From the NCBI GenBank assembly GCA_002104945.1, contig MCFH01000032.1, forward strand, positions 372,001 to 436,000: a DNA stretch of 64,000 bases, written 5' to 3'. Below the pieces are notes generated by a model. It saw only the letters and a list, made by a program, of their open reading frames with translations, was not told the origin of the DNA and did not search any database. Source of the DNA: Piromyces finnis finn. Its lineage: Eukaryota; Fungi; Neocallimastigomycota. Every line of letters starts with the position of its first letter. Within the stretch, counting starts at the first letter, position 1. A program made the position numbers and the translations under genes. Shown here piece after piece: positions 27,002 through 39,134 of this stretch.

Positions 27002-29486
27002 TTATGACTTTTTTTGTTCGTCACAGGAATATGGAATAGAACACCATTTACCATGTTCAACACCCCACTTTGTGGAATCAGTGTAGGAAACTTTACAAGT
27101 TTCACAACACTTGTATTTACTACCACCCTTTGGACAGAGTTGAATATCATTAATACCGCACCATTCTCCATTTTCAGTACCATAGTCTTTATTAAGAGAT
27201 TTGGAATGATAGGTTACCTTGGTATCCTTATTTTGACAACATGGATAACCAATATTTTCAGACCAACATTGTCCTTCTGTCATATCAATAAAACACCATT
27301 GACCATTTTGAATAGCCCAGTAACCAACATCATCTACTGTATCGACGTTAGCTGGAATTTTACAGCAGTTGTAACTAGTACCGGCACAGCCACCGTTTCT
27401 TTGTTCATAGAGAACAGTGTCTGTGGTGTATTTGAAACTGTCGTCCAAGTATTCCTTAGCGTAGGAACAATCAATATTGTAATGAGAACAGGCAAATCTA
27501 AAACGTTCAAGAACCCATTGTTTAATACCATAAATGTATTCGGAGGATGAACTTGTGTCAGAGTCATACTTTTTAAGTTTCAATTTGGTAAATTCAGTGT
27601 TATTACGGAAATCGCCATAAGAGAAGGAATCTTCTATTTTGTTAAGAGATCTTGGAACTCTACCAGGAAGTTTTCCATTCTTATCTGGAGTACGATCTTC
27701 CTTAATGTATGGGGCAAGGAATTCAGTAAGTTCATCAATACGTTGGAATAATTCTTTTGGATTGAAGCCATTCATCATGAATTCAGCCATGTATTGAATA
27801 ATTTCTTCATTACTATCGGTAACATTTAATAACTTATGAAGTGGATGTGACTTTTCATAGATTTCAGTGTTAAAAGTATTTTCTGGATTAGGTTTTTTGT
27901 AGGCACCGAAATCACTGTCAAAATCGTAGAGTAAAACCATCCATCTGTCCTTATTGGTATAATTATTATGGAACATATATATATTCTTGTTGTGATAATT
28001 GGTCATATGATCCCATGAACCTAATAAATATTTAAGGGCTTCCCATCTTAAAAAGAGTTCAGTATCAAAGAATTCTTCTAAATCTTCTCTAGTTTTAGCG
28101 GCGGCTAAACGTTCTTGGAATTTTTTAAAATCAACATCATTGGTAATTTCTTCATCATCATTTTTACAATTAAAGAATTCATTGATACCGTATTGACGAT
28201 TACATTCGTATAAATGCTTAGTGGATTTTTCACCAAAGTTATATTCAACCCATTGAGGCTTGAAAGCATCTCTCATAGAGTATAAACCCATATCACGGTC
28301 ATTAATGAAAAGATGAGCAAAGTTTGCTGAAAGAGATGGTAATTCCATTTTATTACAAAAATCATAGGCTAATTTTTCTCTAATAAAAGATGGATCAACA
28401 ACTTCAGCACGTAAACGAATTTGCTTTCTTTCCATTAATGTTCCTTTTTTTACCTTGATATTAAATCCAAGTTTTTGGAATACTTTAGTATAACCTCCAC
28501 CAATTGAAAATTTAATTTTTGGAACTTCAGTAACAGATCTGTTTTTTTTTTTTTTAAAAAAAAATAAAAAAAAAAAAGATAGAAAAACATGGTATATTTA
28601 TTAATTCGCAATGAGATATTTATATATATGTATATATAAATAAAATATCATAGATATAAAATAAAAACGGAATAAATTATGATATACATATATATAATAT
28701 TAAAGTTAATTTATTGTTAGTAAATTGAAAATGTTGAAATAATAATGTTTTTATATACAATTTAATTTGTAAGCTATTTTATTTTATTTTTTTTTTTTTA
28801 AATTATTGTTTTTAATATTTACTTATTATTATTATTTATGATTATATTATACTCATTCTATTTAAAAAATAAAAGATATTAATTATTAATTAGGATATAT
28901 ACCCTTCAAGATCAAAAAGCATAGAGGCATCGTCGGTACTGAATTCAGGAATACTATAAACATCAGCAGTTTTTTGGAAAATTTTTTCGATTGGAACACT
29001 GGAATATTTATTAACCATATATTCGTATTCTGAATAGGTAATATTAGTTTTATTAATAATTTCTAAATCTGATTTGTCTGTGATTGAACTTTTTTTAATA
29101 TAGTTATTAGTTAAAGTCTTGTTCATAACACGATCTAAATCAACCCATGGAGCAGTATAACAATCAACATTTTTGGTAAGATGTTGTTTACTGTTATCGT
29201 GCTCACATTGATAACCAAGGAATAAATTTTTGTAATCTTCATCATTTAAATTAATTGTAATTTTTGGGATTTTAAAATCAGTATTTTCAAAAAGTTTAGC
29301 TCTTGGAATATCATTGAAATATTTATCTTTTGCTAATGCACCTCCAACAACTTTTTAATAAAATAATAAAGGTTTTTATATTTTTTAATAATTCTACTTT
29401 ATATACTTTTTTTTTTCTTTTCTTTTCTTTATATATATTATAGATAATTTATGCTTACGTAAGGATAATATAGTATAAATTCTCAT
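27002..29486 (-). CDS. cotH: Secreted CotH-family protein kinase with C-terminal fungal dockerin (CBM10-like) domains; exons 29486-29459, 29350-28903, 28538-27002
   Basis: Signal-like start MRIYTILSL|LVGGALA. CotH-like motifs RLRAEVVDPSFIREKL, LGSWDH and LYDFDSDFG. Three C-terminal modules of the form C..G(Y)CC...WG.ENG.WC; the second and third are clear, the first degenerate. Confidence 0.9.
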
Positions 29487-31471
29487 TTTTTTTTATTTTT
29501 TATATGTAAATTTCTACTTTTTTGGTTTAATTCTTTTTATTTTTTCTTGTAATTCTTTTATTTAAACAAGGCAATGATGCTTTTCTTTTTCTTTTTTTTT
29601 TAGAAATAATAAAATATATACACTTTTTTTATTTATTTAATTATTAATTATTTAATAACATTAATCAAATAATTTACATAAAATTATATATATTTATAAT
29701 TCCTTTTTCTTTTTTTATTATAAAAAGAAAGAAAAATTAGAATTTGTTTTTTTTTTTTTTAATTAATTTTTCCTTTTAATTTCTGGATAAAAAAAAGAAA
29801 ATTTAATAAAAACATTATATTACATTATGCATTGTTTATTTTAAAGCCTCTTATCAATTCTAATAACATTATATATCTATATTTCTTTGAAGTTTTTATT
29901 TTATTTAGTTATTCTATAATAATGTATACAAATCATATAATACATTTACTATTATTTATTTTATTTAATCAAGCCATAATTCAAATACGTTGACTTTTTT
30001 GGTCTAATCCTCCTGAACAATCCATAAACAATATAAATTTTGTTCCAAAAAATTTGTGTTGACAATTTTAATTTATTATTACTATTGAATTATAAAACAA
30101 TATATTATTAATATATTACTAATAAATTGAAATGTATACTATTAATTTATTTTTCATACTTTAATTAAAATCTGAAACATTTTAATTTATTTGATGTTTA
30201 ATATTTAAAGCACTTTTCCATACCAGAAAAAAAAGATTTTGAGTGGTGAGGAAATATCCTTACAAAAATAAAAAGTTGCTTTATAATAGCAACAACAACA
30301 ACAACAACAACAACAATAGTGATTTATTATTATTTCAAGTATTTCAGGCATTTCGCACACCAAAAAAATAAAATATCAAAAAAAAAACTATTTTTATTAT
30401 TATTATTAATAATATTTATTTTTTTTTTTTTATTTTTCTAATCATCGTATTCTATTTTTAAAACAATTTTAAATTTCAAGTTTTATCTCAAGTGATTTCA
30501 CCATAAAATAAAAAATTATAACAAAAACATTCTTTTATTATTTATAAAATCAATGAATGTATAAAAAGTTTAAAAAAAAAAAAAGAATGCCTTATTGTAT
30601 TATTTATAATATTCAATTCCATTTTTTATTTAAAGCAGCATCACTTCTTCTTTCATCCTATATGAGTAAAATCAATATTTTTTATATTTATTAAAGTTTA
30701 TTATTAGAAAAAAAAAAAACAAAAAAGAAAAAAGGATAATATTAAAAAAATGTAAAAATTTAATAAACTTTATTTATTATGAAAAAGATTGATTTATTAA
30801 TGGACCTTTTAATAGGACATTTTTAAAAAAAGGACCTTTTTAACAACTGTAATAGAAGAGACGGGTAGGAAAAACATTTTAAATAGTATTATTAAATAAT
30901 AGTGAAAATATTTTAAATAGTATTGTTATGATTATTATGATTATTATTAGATGGTAGGATATTATTATTATTATTAAATGGTAGGATAATCCTTAGTATT
31001 AAAAGGAAAGAATTAAAATAAATAAATATAAAGTTGCCATCTATAACTTAATTTTAAATACTTTTTAATTAGGATGAAATTATATCTCAAGAGTTGTAAT
31101 CTTAAATATTAATAGTTAATAAAAGAATCTTTTTTTTTTTTGTTTTTTCGTTTTTTAAAAATATTTAAAAAAGATGTTAATTGGGTTTTTCAACGATTCA
31201 TTTCCCAATATTACAAAAAATACTATGTCTTTATTTTTTAATATAATAACTAATAGATTCTCTAATTTTAAATAAACTTTTTTTTTTTTAGAATCGACTT
31301 AAATTTTCCATCATGCTTTCTTTCATTTATTTATATAGTAATAGTAATTAATATTAAAAAAGACGCTTAGAATAATACCATTTGAAATTTATAATAATAT
31401 TAAATAGCAATTTAGTATAATCTATAATGATTTTAAAAAATGCTTTTTATATTAATACACTATAAAATTAT

Positions 31472-32762
31472 ACACAAAACATTAGAAACAAAAAATTACT
31501 TTTTATGTTTTCATTTTATATTTACATTTTTATTTTATCTTGTTTTTTTAAAGTATGTAAACAGCTATTGATATAAATCAATTTGTATAAAATGAAATTA
31601 TTAAAAATACTATCATGTTATTTACATTATTATTTAATGATAATCAATAATTATAAAGAAAAGACAAAAAAAATTAAAGTTTTAATGCATAAAAGTTTAA
31701 AGAGGATAGTATTGAAATTATTAATTATAATTAATCATAAAGCTGGGTATGAAATAACAATTATATAAAATAGCTTATTATGAAAAATCTATAAATCTAT
31801 TATAATAACTTATTATATGATTATTCATATAAAATTATCATTATAGTATCATAGTTTATTCTTCATATAACATATTAACTATAAATGCATTTTTTCTACT
31901 ATTTTGTCTTTTGTTTTTTGTATCGGTATGAATTCGGTTATTTGAAAGACTATAATCATCAGTAATACTATTTTGATTCAATGACGATGATGATAATGAT
32001 GATGATGATAAATAATCTATTTCCTTTAATCCATATTTCTTGTTATTTTTTATAAATTTAGAAGGTTTTGAGTAAGTACTTTCAACTTCAGTAGTAGTAG
32101 TAGTAGTATTCATTGGAGTGTCATGATTCTTCTTACTCTTTCTTTTATTGCTTTGAGTTTTATCATGACTTTTTCTTACAGCCTTCTTTTCGTAGTTATG
32201 ATGACTTGAGTATCTTAACATTTTGATTTTTTTTTTTTTCTTATATTTTAATTGAAAATTAATTTAATTAATAACTTTTTTTTTTTTAATAATAAAATTA
32301 TTTATTATTTATTTAAAAATGAATGAATAAATGAATGAATAAATAATAAAAAGAATCAAAATATTTTTCATTGTATTTATACTTTTTTTTTTTTTTAACA
32401 TGTAGATATGTGAAGAAGTCTGACTTTGTTGTGTTTTGCTATTCCACAAAAATAGTTAATAAATCAAGATTTAACTAATCCACAAAATTCTGATTTTAAT
32501 TATTTAATTTAAATTTTAATTATTTTTCTGTATAAAATTATCACTATATTAAACACGTGCTTCATTTCATTTTATGATGATCAAACATTATTTAATGAGA
32601 ATTATTAAAAAATATAAAAACACAATTGATATTCAAAAGAATTGCTTTTATTAAAAAAAAAAAAAAAAAGTAATTATAAACTATTTTATGTAGAATATTT
32701 TATTATGTTTCAATTATATAATTCAAAGTAATAAAACTCTTTCTATCTTTCTGTACTGATAT
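31472..32762 (-). repeat. Copy 1 of a ~1.2-1.4 kb duplicated unit carrying the 121-aa ORF
   Basis: Near-identical to ~37195-38335, 46322-47611 and (inverted) 47987-49437. Confidence 0.95.
31856..32221 (-). CDS. Basic, Ser/Thr/Lys-rich orphan protein, 121 aa (copy 1; P36, V46 variant)
   Basis: Intact in four copies with a poly-A-TCAAA-ATG start context; coding status not proven. Confidence 0.55.
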   Translation of the reverse strand: MLRYSSHHNYEKKAVRKSHDKTQSNKRKSKKNHDTPMNTTTTTTEVESTYSKPSKFIKNNKKYGLKEIDYLSSSSLSSSSLNQNSITDDYSLSNNRIHTDTKNKRQNSRKNAFIVNMLYEE

Positions 32763-33723
32763 TAAAAATTTTATTCTTTTTTTTTTTTTTTTTATACAGA
32801 ATTATTTTAAATTTCTTTAAATATTTAGGAAGCTGACATTAACATTGATAAAGAGAATTTCATTCTTTTCACTAATATAATACATTTATCAATACTACTA
32901 ATGATAATATCTATATAACCAAGAGATGATATGATTACAAATGCTAATAGTAGTTTAAATGAAATAAATTACCATTATTGTTTCATTACAACTGCAAATA
33001 CTATTACTACTATTACTACACCAACCCAATATTTATCAAAAAATATTAGTATTATTATATTAATTGAAATTTAATGTATTTAATAAAAAAAATTAAGAAA
33101 AAATAAATTATAATTATTATTAATTATCAGTATTTAAAGAATAAATAGAATGTTTTAATAATTTATTTATTTTATATAATTATTATTAATACTTCAGATT
33201 ACTATCTCAAAAGCAACTATCATTAATCATATTACACTTTTAGAATATTTAGAAAATTTACTGTTGAATAAATATAAAATAATTTAAGAGAATCATCTTT
33301 TAGTTTTTAGCCTCACGATATTATTAATATTATTACCATAAAAATAAAATATATATAATGGAATCCCCCCCCCAAAAAAAAAAAAAAAACATTGAAAACA
33401 AAAACTATTTTTTTTTTTTTCGTTTTCATTTTTATTTTTTTATTTCATGTTGTTTCGTTCTTATAAATTTAGATAGTTATTGATGTACAAATTAATCATT
33501 ATTATTTAATTATATTAAGAAAAAAACAAAGGATTTAAAGTGAATTATAATAGGATAGTATAAAATAATTAATTATACTTAATTGCAAAGTTGGGTATAG
33601 AATACTTAAAATATATATATTAATAGAAATTCATTATAATATATATATTCATTTAAACTTTCCATTATAATATTAAGATTTTTCCTTTATTAAATATATA
33701 TTTTTTATAGTATTTTATTTTTC

Positions 33724-33754
<31 letters not shown>

Positions 33755-33764
33755 CGATATCTTT

Positions 33765-33920
33765 ATGAATTTGGTTATTTGAAAGATTATAACTATCATT
33801 AATACTATTTTGATTTAATGATGATGATAATGGTGATAAATAATTTTTTTGCTATTTTTTAAATATTATAATTTTTTTTTCAATTATTCTATTTTTTAAT
33901 GTTAATATTTTATATTTTAT
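33765..33920 (-). pseudogene. Truncated, diverged remnant of the 121-aa ORF unit
   Basis: tatgaatttggttatttgaaagattataactatcattaatactattttgatttaatgatgatg aligns with ORF codons ~75-100; its flank matches 36600-36790. Confidence 0.75.
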
Positions 33921-34011
33921 ATATATATATATATATAAAGAAAGAGAAAATGTTTAGTATTTGAATTTGGAAATGTATTTATTATTTTATTGTTTACTAT
34001 TATAATTATTT

Positions 34012-35331
34012 TTATACCTTAGCTTTCTTTTGGAACCAGTGGTTTTTAATCCATTCACGAACTGGTTCATCATAATTCTTTAAATAAATATATGCAAGGA
34101 AAATACTAAAAATAAAAATGGATACTGATGTTAAAATTTTGGACAATTCATTAGCATCTGGATTTTTGGAAATCCATGCCATTTGCATATAAATGACTGG
34201 ATAATGAGTAATATAAAGTGGGTATGAAACATCTCCAAGGAAATTACATAGTTTTTTAGATATGTTATTGTCAACTTGACTTCCAGCACCAAGCATAACA
34301 ACAATTGGAATAATAATAAGAATGCAGATACATTCGTAAAGACCATTCATCCAACTATGTTCATCACCACCAATATGAGGTAAACAGAAACAAATACTAA
34401 TTATTAAAGAACATAGCCAGAAGCCTCCCTTTTTAACATTAATTTTCCAATTAAGTCTGGAGATTAATAATCCACAAAAGAATGGATATAAAAGACGAGT
34501 GATTGCAATTAACATATGTTGTTTATCAAAGGACCATCCTCCTGCTACTGAATATGTTTTTGAACCTCTACCATCTAAAACACCGAAAATATCAATATTC
34601 ATACAAAGATTGATGGTTAATAAAGAAGAAAAACCAACAAAAATCATTGTAGTGATTTTATTGAAATGGCGGATAATAAGAGCATATAAAATATTTGCAA
34701 TATATTCCCACATTAAAGACCAGCATGCTCCATTAAGAGGATATATTTCTTCCCAACCTCTAATATCCCACTGCTTTGGTGATGGTAATAAGAAGCAACC
34801 ATAAATGAATAATAAAAACAATTTCCACCATGGTGTAGTCATAATTAATGGAAAAAAGTCATAAGATCCAAAGTGAAATAAAAAAAGACCAACAACATGA
34901 CCAAGAATAACCATTGGATGAAGACGTGTAATACGACGTTTAATGAAATCAATAATATTCATTTTAGTTCCCCAACGATCATCATATGCATATCCAATAA
35001 CAAAACCTGAAAGAGCAAAAAAGAAATCGACTGCTAAATATCCATGATAAATTTTTTCTTTATATGGTTCTAATGGATTGGTATAACTTTCAAAAAGGTG
35101 AAAGATAATAACGATAAAGGAAGCAACACCACGAAGACCATCAAGAACTTCATAACGTGATTTTGAAGCAAGATAAGCATTTTCTGTTATACTTTTTTCT
35201 GCCATATTCTTTTTTATTGATTTTTTTTCTTTTGTTGGTATGGGAGTATCATCAATAACATTAGTATTACCATTTATAGTGAGAGAAGATTTATCTTTTG
35301 AAGAATTATTCTTTATTTTTTTTTTGTTCAT
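34012..35331 (-). CDS. Acyltransferase_3 (OafA/YrhL-type) polytopic membrane O-acyltransferase, intronless, bacterial-type
   Basis: RYEVLDGLRGVA, HGYLAVDFFFALSGFVIGYAYDDRW, KRRITRLHP, PLNGACWSLMWEYIAN and LGDVSYPLYITHYP, with about 10 hydrophobic segments. Confidence 0.93.
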   Translation of the reverse strand: MNKKKIKNNSSKDKSSLTINGNTNVIDDTPIPTKEKKSIKKNMAEKSITENAYLASKSRYEVLDGLRGVASFIVIIFHLFESYTNPLEPYKEKIYHGYLAVDFFFALSGFVIGYAYDDRWGTKMNIIDFIKRRITRLHPMVILGHVVGLFLFHFGSYDFFPLIMTTPWWKLFLLFIYGCFLLPSPKQWDIRGWEEIYPLNGACWSLMWEYIANILYALIIRHFNKITTMIFVGFSSLLTINLCMNIDIFGVLDGRGSKTYSVAGGWSFDKQHMLIAITRLLYPFFCGLLISRLNWKINVKKGGFWLCSLIISICFCLPHIGGDEHSWMNGLYECICILIIIPIVVMLGAGSQVDNNISKKLCNFLGDVSYPLYITHYPVIYMQMAWISKNPDANELSKILTSVSIFIFSIFLAYIYLKNYDEPVREWIKNHWFQKKAKV

Positions 35332-35619
35332 GATCTATTTTTAATAAATACAATAAGGAGTTGTTTAAATATTTCGTTTTATTTTATAATTTTTTTTTTT
35401 TTATTGCTTATTTAATATTGAATTCCAGCTTTATTATAGAAAAATAAAAAAATCTTCTTCAAAATCCCATGTTATATATATATAATTCTTTTTTAAAATT
35501 TATATTAAAATTTAATCAGCTGACTGATACAATATAAACACATTTAAAAATTTAATAATAAACTTTATTTAGTATTATTTTAATGATTTTTATTAAAAAT
35601 AAAAATAAATTAGATCAGC

Positions 35620-36200
35620 TGATCAGGATAATGATATATGTTTCATTCATGTTGTAGTAATGTAATAATATTAGTTTATTTATTATATTAGGTGAAAATA
35701 TATTATCATCGAAAGTAACTCTTCTTTCTAATAGTTTCACTTTTTTAATTATTACATTTTTTTATTAATTATAAAAAACCTCTCTACTCATTATTAATTG
35801 TTAAACATGAATATTTTATATTATAAAATTCTAATAACAACTACATAATGTATTCATAATATGTGAATAATAATTAAATAGGATATAATATAATATATTA
35901 TACAATTTATTTAAATAAAATATTACTATAAAAGTAAAAAGTAATGTAATACAAATAAGTATTACAATAAAATGTAACTGTACATTGAATCATGAATGTA
36001 TGAATGAATAAATATCCATGTTTAAGAATGTAATGAAATATGTACATTGATTCTATAATTAATATATAAATAATGTATTATAATGTATATCAATTATTAT
36101 ATTATAAAATATCTATTTTTAAATATGAAATTGAATATTTTAAATAGTAAAAAAAAATTTTAAATAGGACTAAAAAGGTCATATTGGTTTCATATCAACC
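35620..36200 (+). repeat. Diverged non-coding duplication, partner of ~50180-50830
   Basis: Collinear shared blocks: atgatatatgtttc..atgttgtagtaat; agtaatgtaatacaaat.agtatt.caataaaatgta; attgaatcatgaat; tgaaattgaatattttaaata..gactaaaa.g. Confidence 0.8.
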
Positions 36201-36494
36201 TAATATTTAATAAAATTTTATATAAATTATATATAATAAAAATGAAATATATACCATAATATTAGGTTACGGTCAGCTGATTCAAAGAAGAGTAAAATGA
36301 CAAAGATCAAACAGTATAATTCATTTATTTTATATTACTACAAAATGCAATTAGAATAGATAATTATTAAGGAAAGACAAAATAAAACTTACTTTTTTAA
36401 TACATCAAAATTAAAATAGGATAGTATGAAATAATTTTATTATGAAATACATATGAAATGTATATAAAAACTCTATTATTATTATAATAATATT

Positions 36495-36790
36495 ATGTGC
36501 TCAATTATATAAAATTATTGTTATAGTATCATAGTTTATTCTTCATATAACATATTAACTATAAATGCATTTTTTCTACTATTTTGTCTTTTATTTTTTG
36601 TATCGGTATGAATTCGGTTATTTAAAAGACTATAATCATCAGTAATACTATTTTGATTTAATAATGGTGATAAATATTTTTTTTTACTATTATAATGTTT
36701 TTTATTGTTATAGTTTTTTTTTTTTTTTTTTTTTTTTTTAATTATTTTAATTTTTAATGTTAATATTTTATATTATATATATTATATATA
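36495..36790 (-). pseudogene. 5'-truncated copy of the 121-aa ORF (3' third retained through ...KNAFIVNMLYEE*)
   Basis: Direct nucleotide match to the ORF tail and downstream flank; the N-terminal part is missing. Confidence 0.85.
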
Positions 36791-37194
36791 TAATAATAGG
36801 TTCAAGTCACATATTATTTTTAAACATTTTTAGAATTTTAATAATAAAAATAGAAATGGATTTAAATTAGCTGACTATGAATAATATTTTATTTTATAAA
36901 ATTATACATAAAACATTTTAAAAAAACCTTTGCAAATTCAAAGAATAAAATTAAAAAAGAAAAACGAACAATACCAGCCAACACAACAACAAAGAACAAC
37001 AATAAATATAAAAAGAAAATTGGAAAACCTATTTTTAATTCTCAAATATGACCTCTATAGAAATAGATTCAACTTTTTTTATTTAATTTTATTAATATTA
37101 TTTTAGAAATAGCACCTTTCCTTTTCACCTATCTCAAAACAACAAAATAATAATAGATTATATAAATCTTAATAAGTATCATTATTATTATAGA

Positions 37195-38335
37195 TAAAAT
37201 ATTTAAAGGAAAGAAAACACAAAACATTAGAAACAAAAAATTACTTTTTATGTTTTCATTTTATATTTACATTTTTATTTTATCTTGTTTTTTTAAAGTA
37301 TGTAAACAGCTATTGATATAAATCAATTTGTATAAAATGAAATTATTAAAAATACTATCATGTTATTTACATTATTATTTAATGATAATCAATAATTATA
37401 AAGAAAAGACAAAAAAAATTAAAGTTTTAATGCATAAAAGTTTAAAGAGGATAGTATTGAAATTATTAATTATAATTAATCATAAAGCTGGGTATGAAAT
37501 AACAATTATATAAAATAGCTTATTATGAAAAATCTATAAATCTATTATAATAACTTATTATATGATTATTCATATAAAATTATTATTATAGTATCATAGT
37601 TTATTCTTCATATAACATATTAACTATAAATGCATTTTTTCTACTATTTTGTCTTTTGTTTTTTGTATCGGTATGAATTCGGTTATTTGAAAGACTATAA
37701 TCATCAGTAATACTATTTTGATTCAATGACGATGATGATAATGATGATGATGATAAATAATCTATTTCCTTTAATCCATATTTCTTGTTATTTTTTATAA
37801 ATTTAGAAGGTTTTGAGTAAGTACTTTCAGCTTCAGTAGTAGTAGTAGTAGTATTCATTGGAGTGTCATGATTCTTCTTACTCTTTCTTTTATTGCTTTG
37901 AGTTTTATCATGACTTTTTCTTACAGCCTTCTTTTCGTAGTTATGATGACTTGAGTATCTTAACATTTTGATTTTTTTTTTTTTTTTATATTTTAATTGA
38001 AAATTTATTTAATTAATAACTTTTTTTTTTTAATAATAAAATTATTTATTATTTATTTAAAAATGAATGAATAAATGAATGAATGAATAATAAAAAGAAT
38101 CAAAATATTTTTCATTGTATTTATACTTTTTTTTTTTTTTTTAACATGTAGATATGTGAAGAAGTCTGACTTTGTTGTGTTTTGCTATTCCACAAAAAAA
38201 TTTAATAAATCAAGATTAACTAATCCACAAAATTCTAATTTTAATTAATTTAAATTTTAATTATTTTTCTGTATAAAATTATCATTATATTAAACACGTG
38301 TTTCATTTCATTTTATGCTTATCAAACATTATTTA
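37195..38335 (-). repeat. Copy 2 of the duplicated unit
   Basis: Near-identical to copy 1, with small indels in homopolymers and the upstream region. Confidence 0.95.
37601..37966 (-). CDS. 121-aa orphan protein (copy 2; P36, A46 variant)
   Basis: Intact ORF differing from copy 1 by V/A. Confidence 0.55.
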   Translation of the reverse strand: MLRYSSHHNYEKKAVRKSHDKTQSNKRKSKKNHDTPMNTTTTTTEAESTYSKPSKFIKNNKKYGLKEIDYLSSSSLSSSSLNQNSITDDYSLSNNRIHTDTKNKRQNSRKNAFIVNMLYEE

Positions 38336-38804
38336 TTTAATTTTATTAATACTTTTGTTTTGAGGCTAAGTCATTTGTTATTTTCCTAGTATTAAAAGAG
38401 GAATAAACATTTTTATATTGTTTCTTTTATAATAGTAATAATCAAAAGGAAAAAAGAAAAAGTATAAATATAAAAGAAAAATCCATTTTTTATACCATTT
38501 CAATTTGTAATTCAATCAAGAAATAAAAAAAAAAAAAAAGTATAAATTAAAAAGAATACAAATTTTTCTATTTTTAAAAAAGTACTAAAAAGGTCTAACA
38601 TGTTAAGTTATCCTATTAATAATTATAATAATAACAAAGGTATATATTAATATAATTCTTAAATCCTATTAATCAAATATGTTTTTTTTAATTGCAAATA
38701 TATTATCAGTTTCATATTTATATTAATATTTATTTTAAATATTACTCATTGATTACAATGTAGGTTTAATAAGATGCGTAAGAGTGAGATCAAAAAAGCA
38801 ACAA

Positions 38805-39134
38805 ATGGAAAAAAGTAAAAAGGTTGCCATCCTTGCCTTACAAAATAATAATAAAATTCATTCTGTGACACCCTTAAGAAATAATAAAAAAAATGAGGGT
38901 GAAGAATATAATTCTAATGATGAAATATATACTCAATTCAAAATTGAAAAAAGTAAGCCAAAATCATGGTTAGAACTATGGCAAAAACCATTAAATGGAG
39001 AAATTGTCATTGAAGAACAACAAAACAATATGGATCCTTTTTCTGAGAAAAACAAGAACATTAAAGTTAGAAAAATAAATAAAAGAAAATACAATAGAAA
39101 AAATGAGTATATAACGAATATGTTGATAAATTAA
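38805..39134 (+). CDS. Small basic orphan protein (~109 aa from first ATG), probable distant relative of the 121-aa family
   Basis: C-terminus INKRKYNRKNEYITNMLIN* resembles KNKRQNSRKNAFIVNMLYEE*; transcribed divergently from copy 2. Confidence 0.45.
   Translation: MEKSKKVAILALQNNNKIHSVTPLRNNKKNEGEEYNSNDEIYTQFKIEKSKPKSWLELWQKPLNGEIVIEEQQNNMDPFSEKNKNIKVRKINKRKYNRKNEYITNMLIN

Noticed and set aside
31583-31768. 61-aa ORF MYKMKLLK... (also at 37328 and 48993)
   Set aside because: It starts at TTG, is AT-biased, and is conserved only because the whole unit is duplicated; in copy 3 the start codon is lost (tttTTATAAAATG). It cannot be fully excluded as a convergent partner gene.
32860-33060. Possible small hydrophobic ORFs on both strands
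   Set aside because: Under 50 aa, low complexity and without support.
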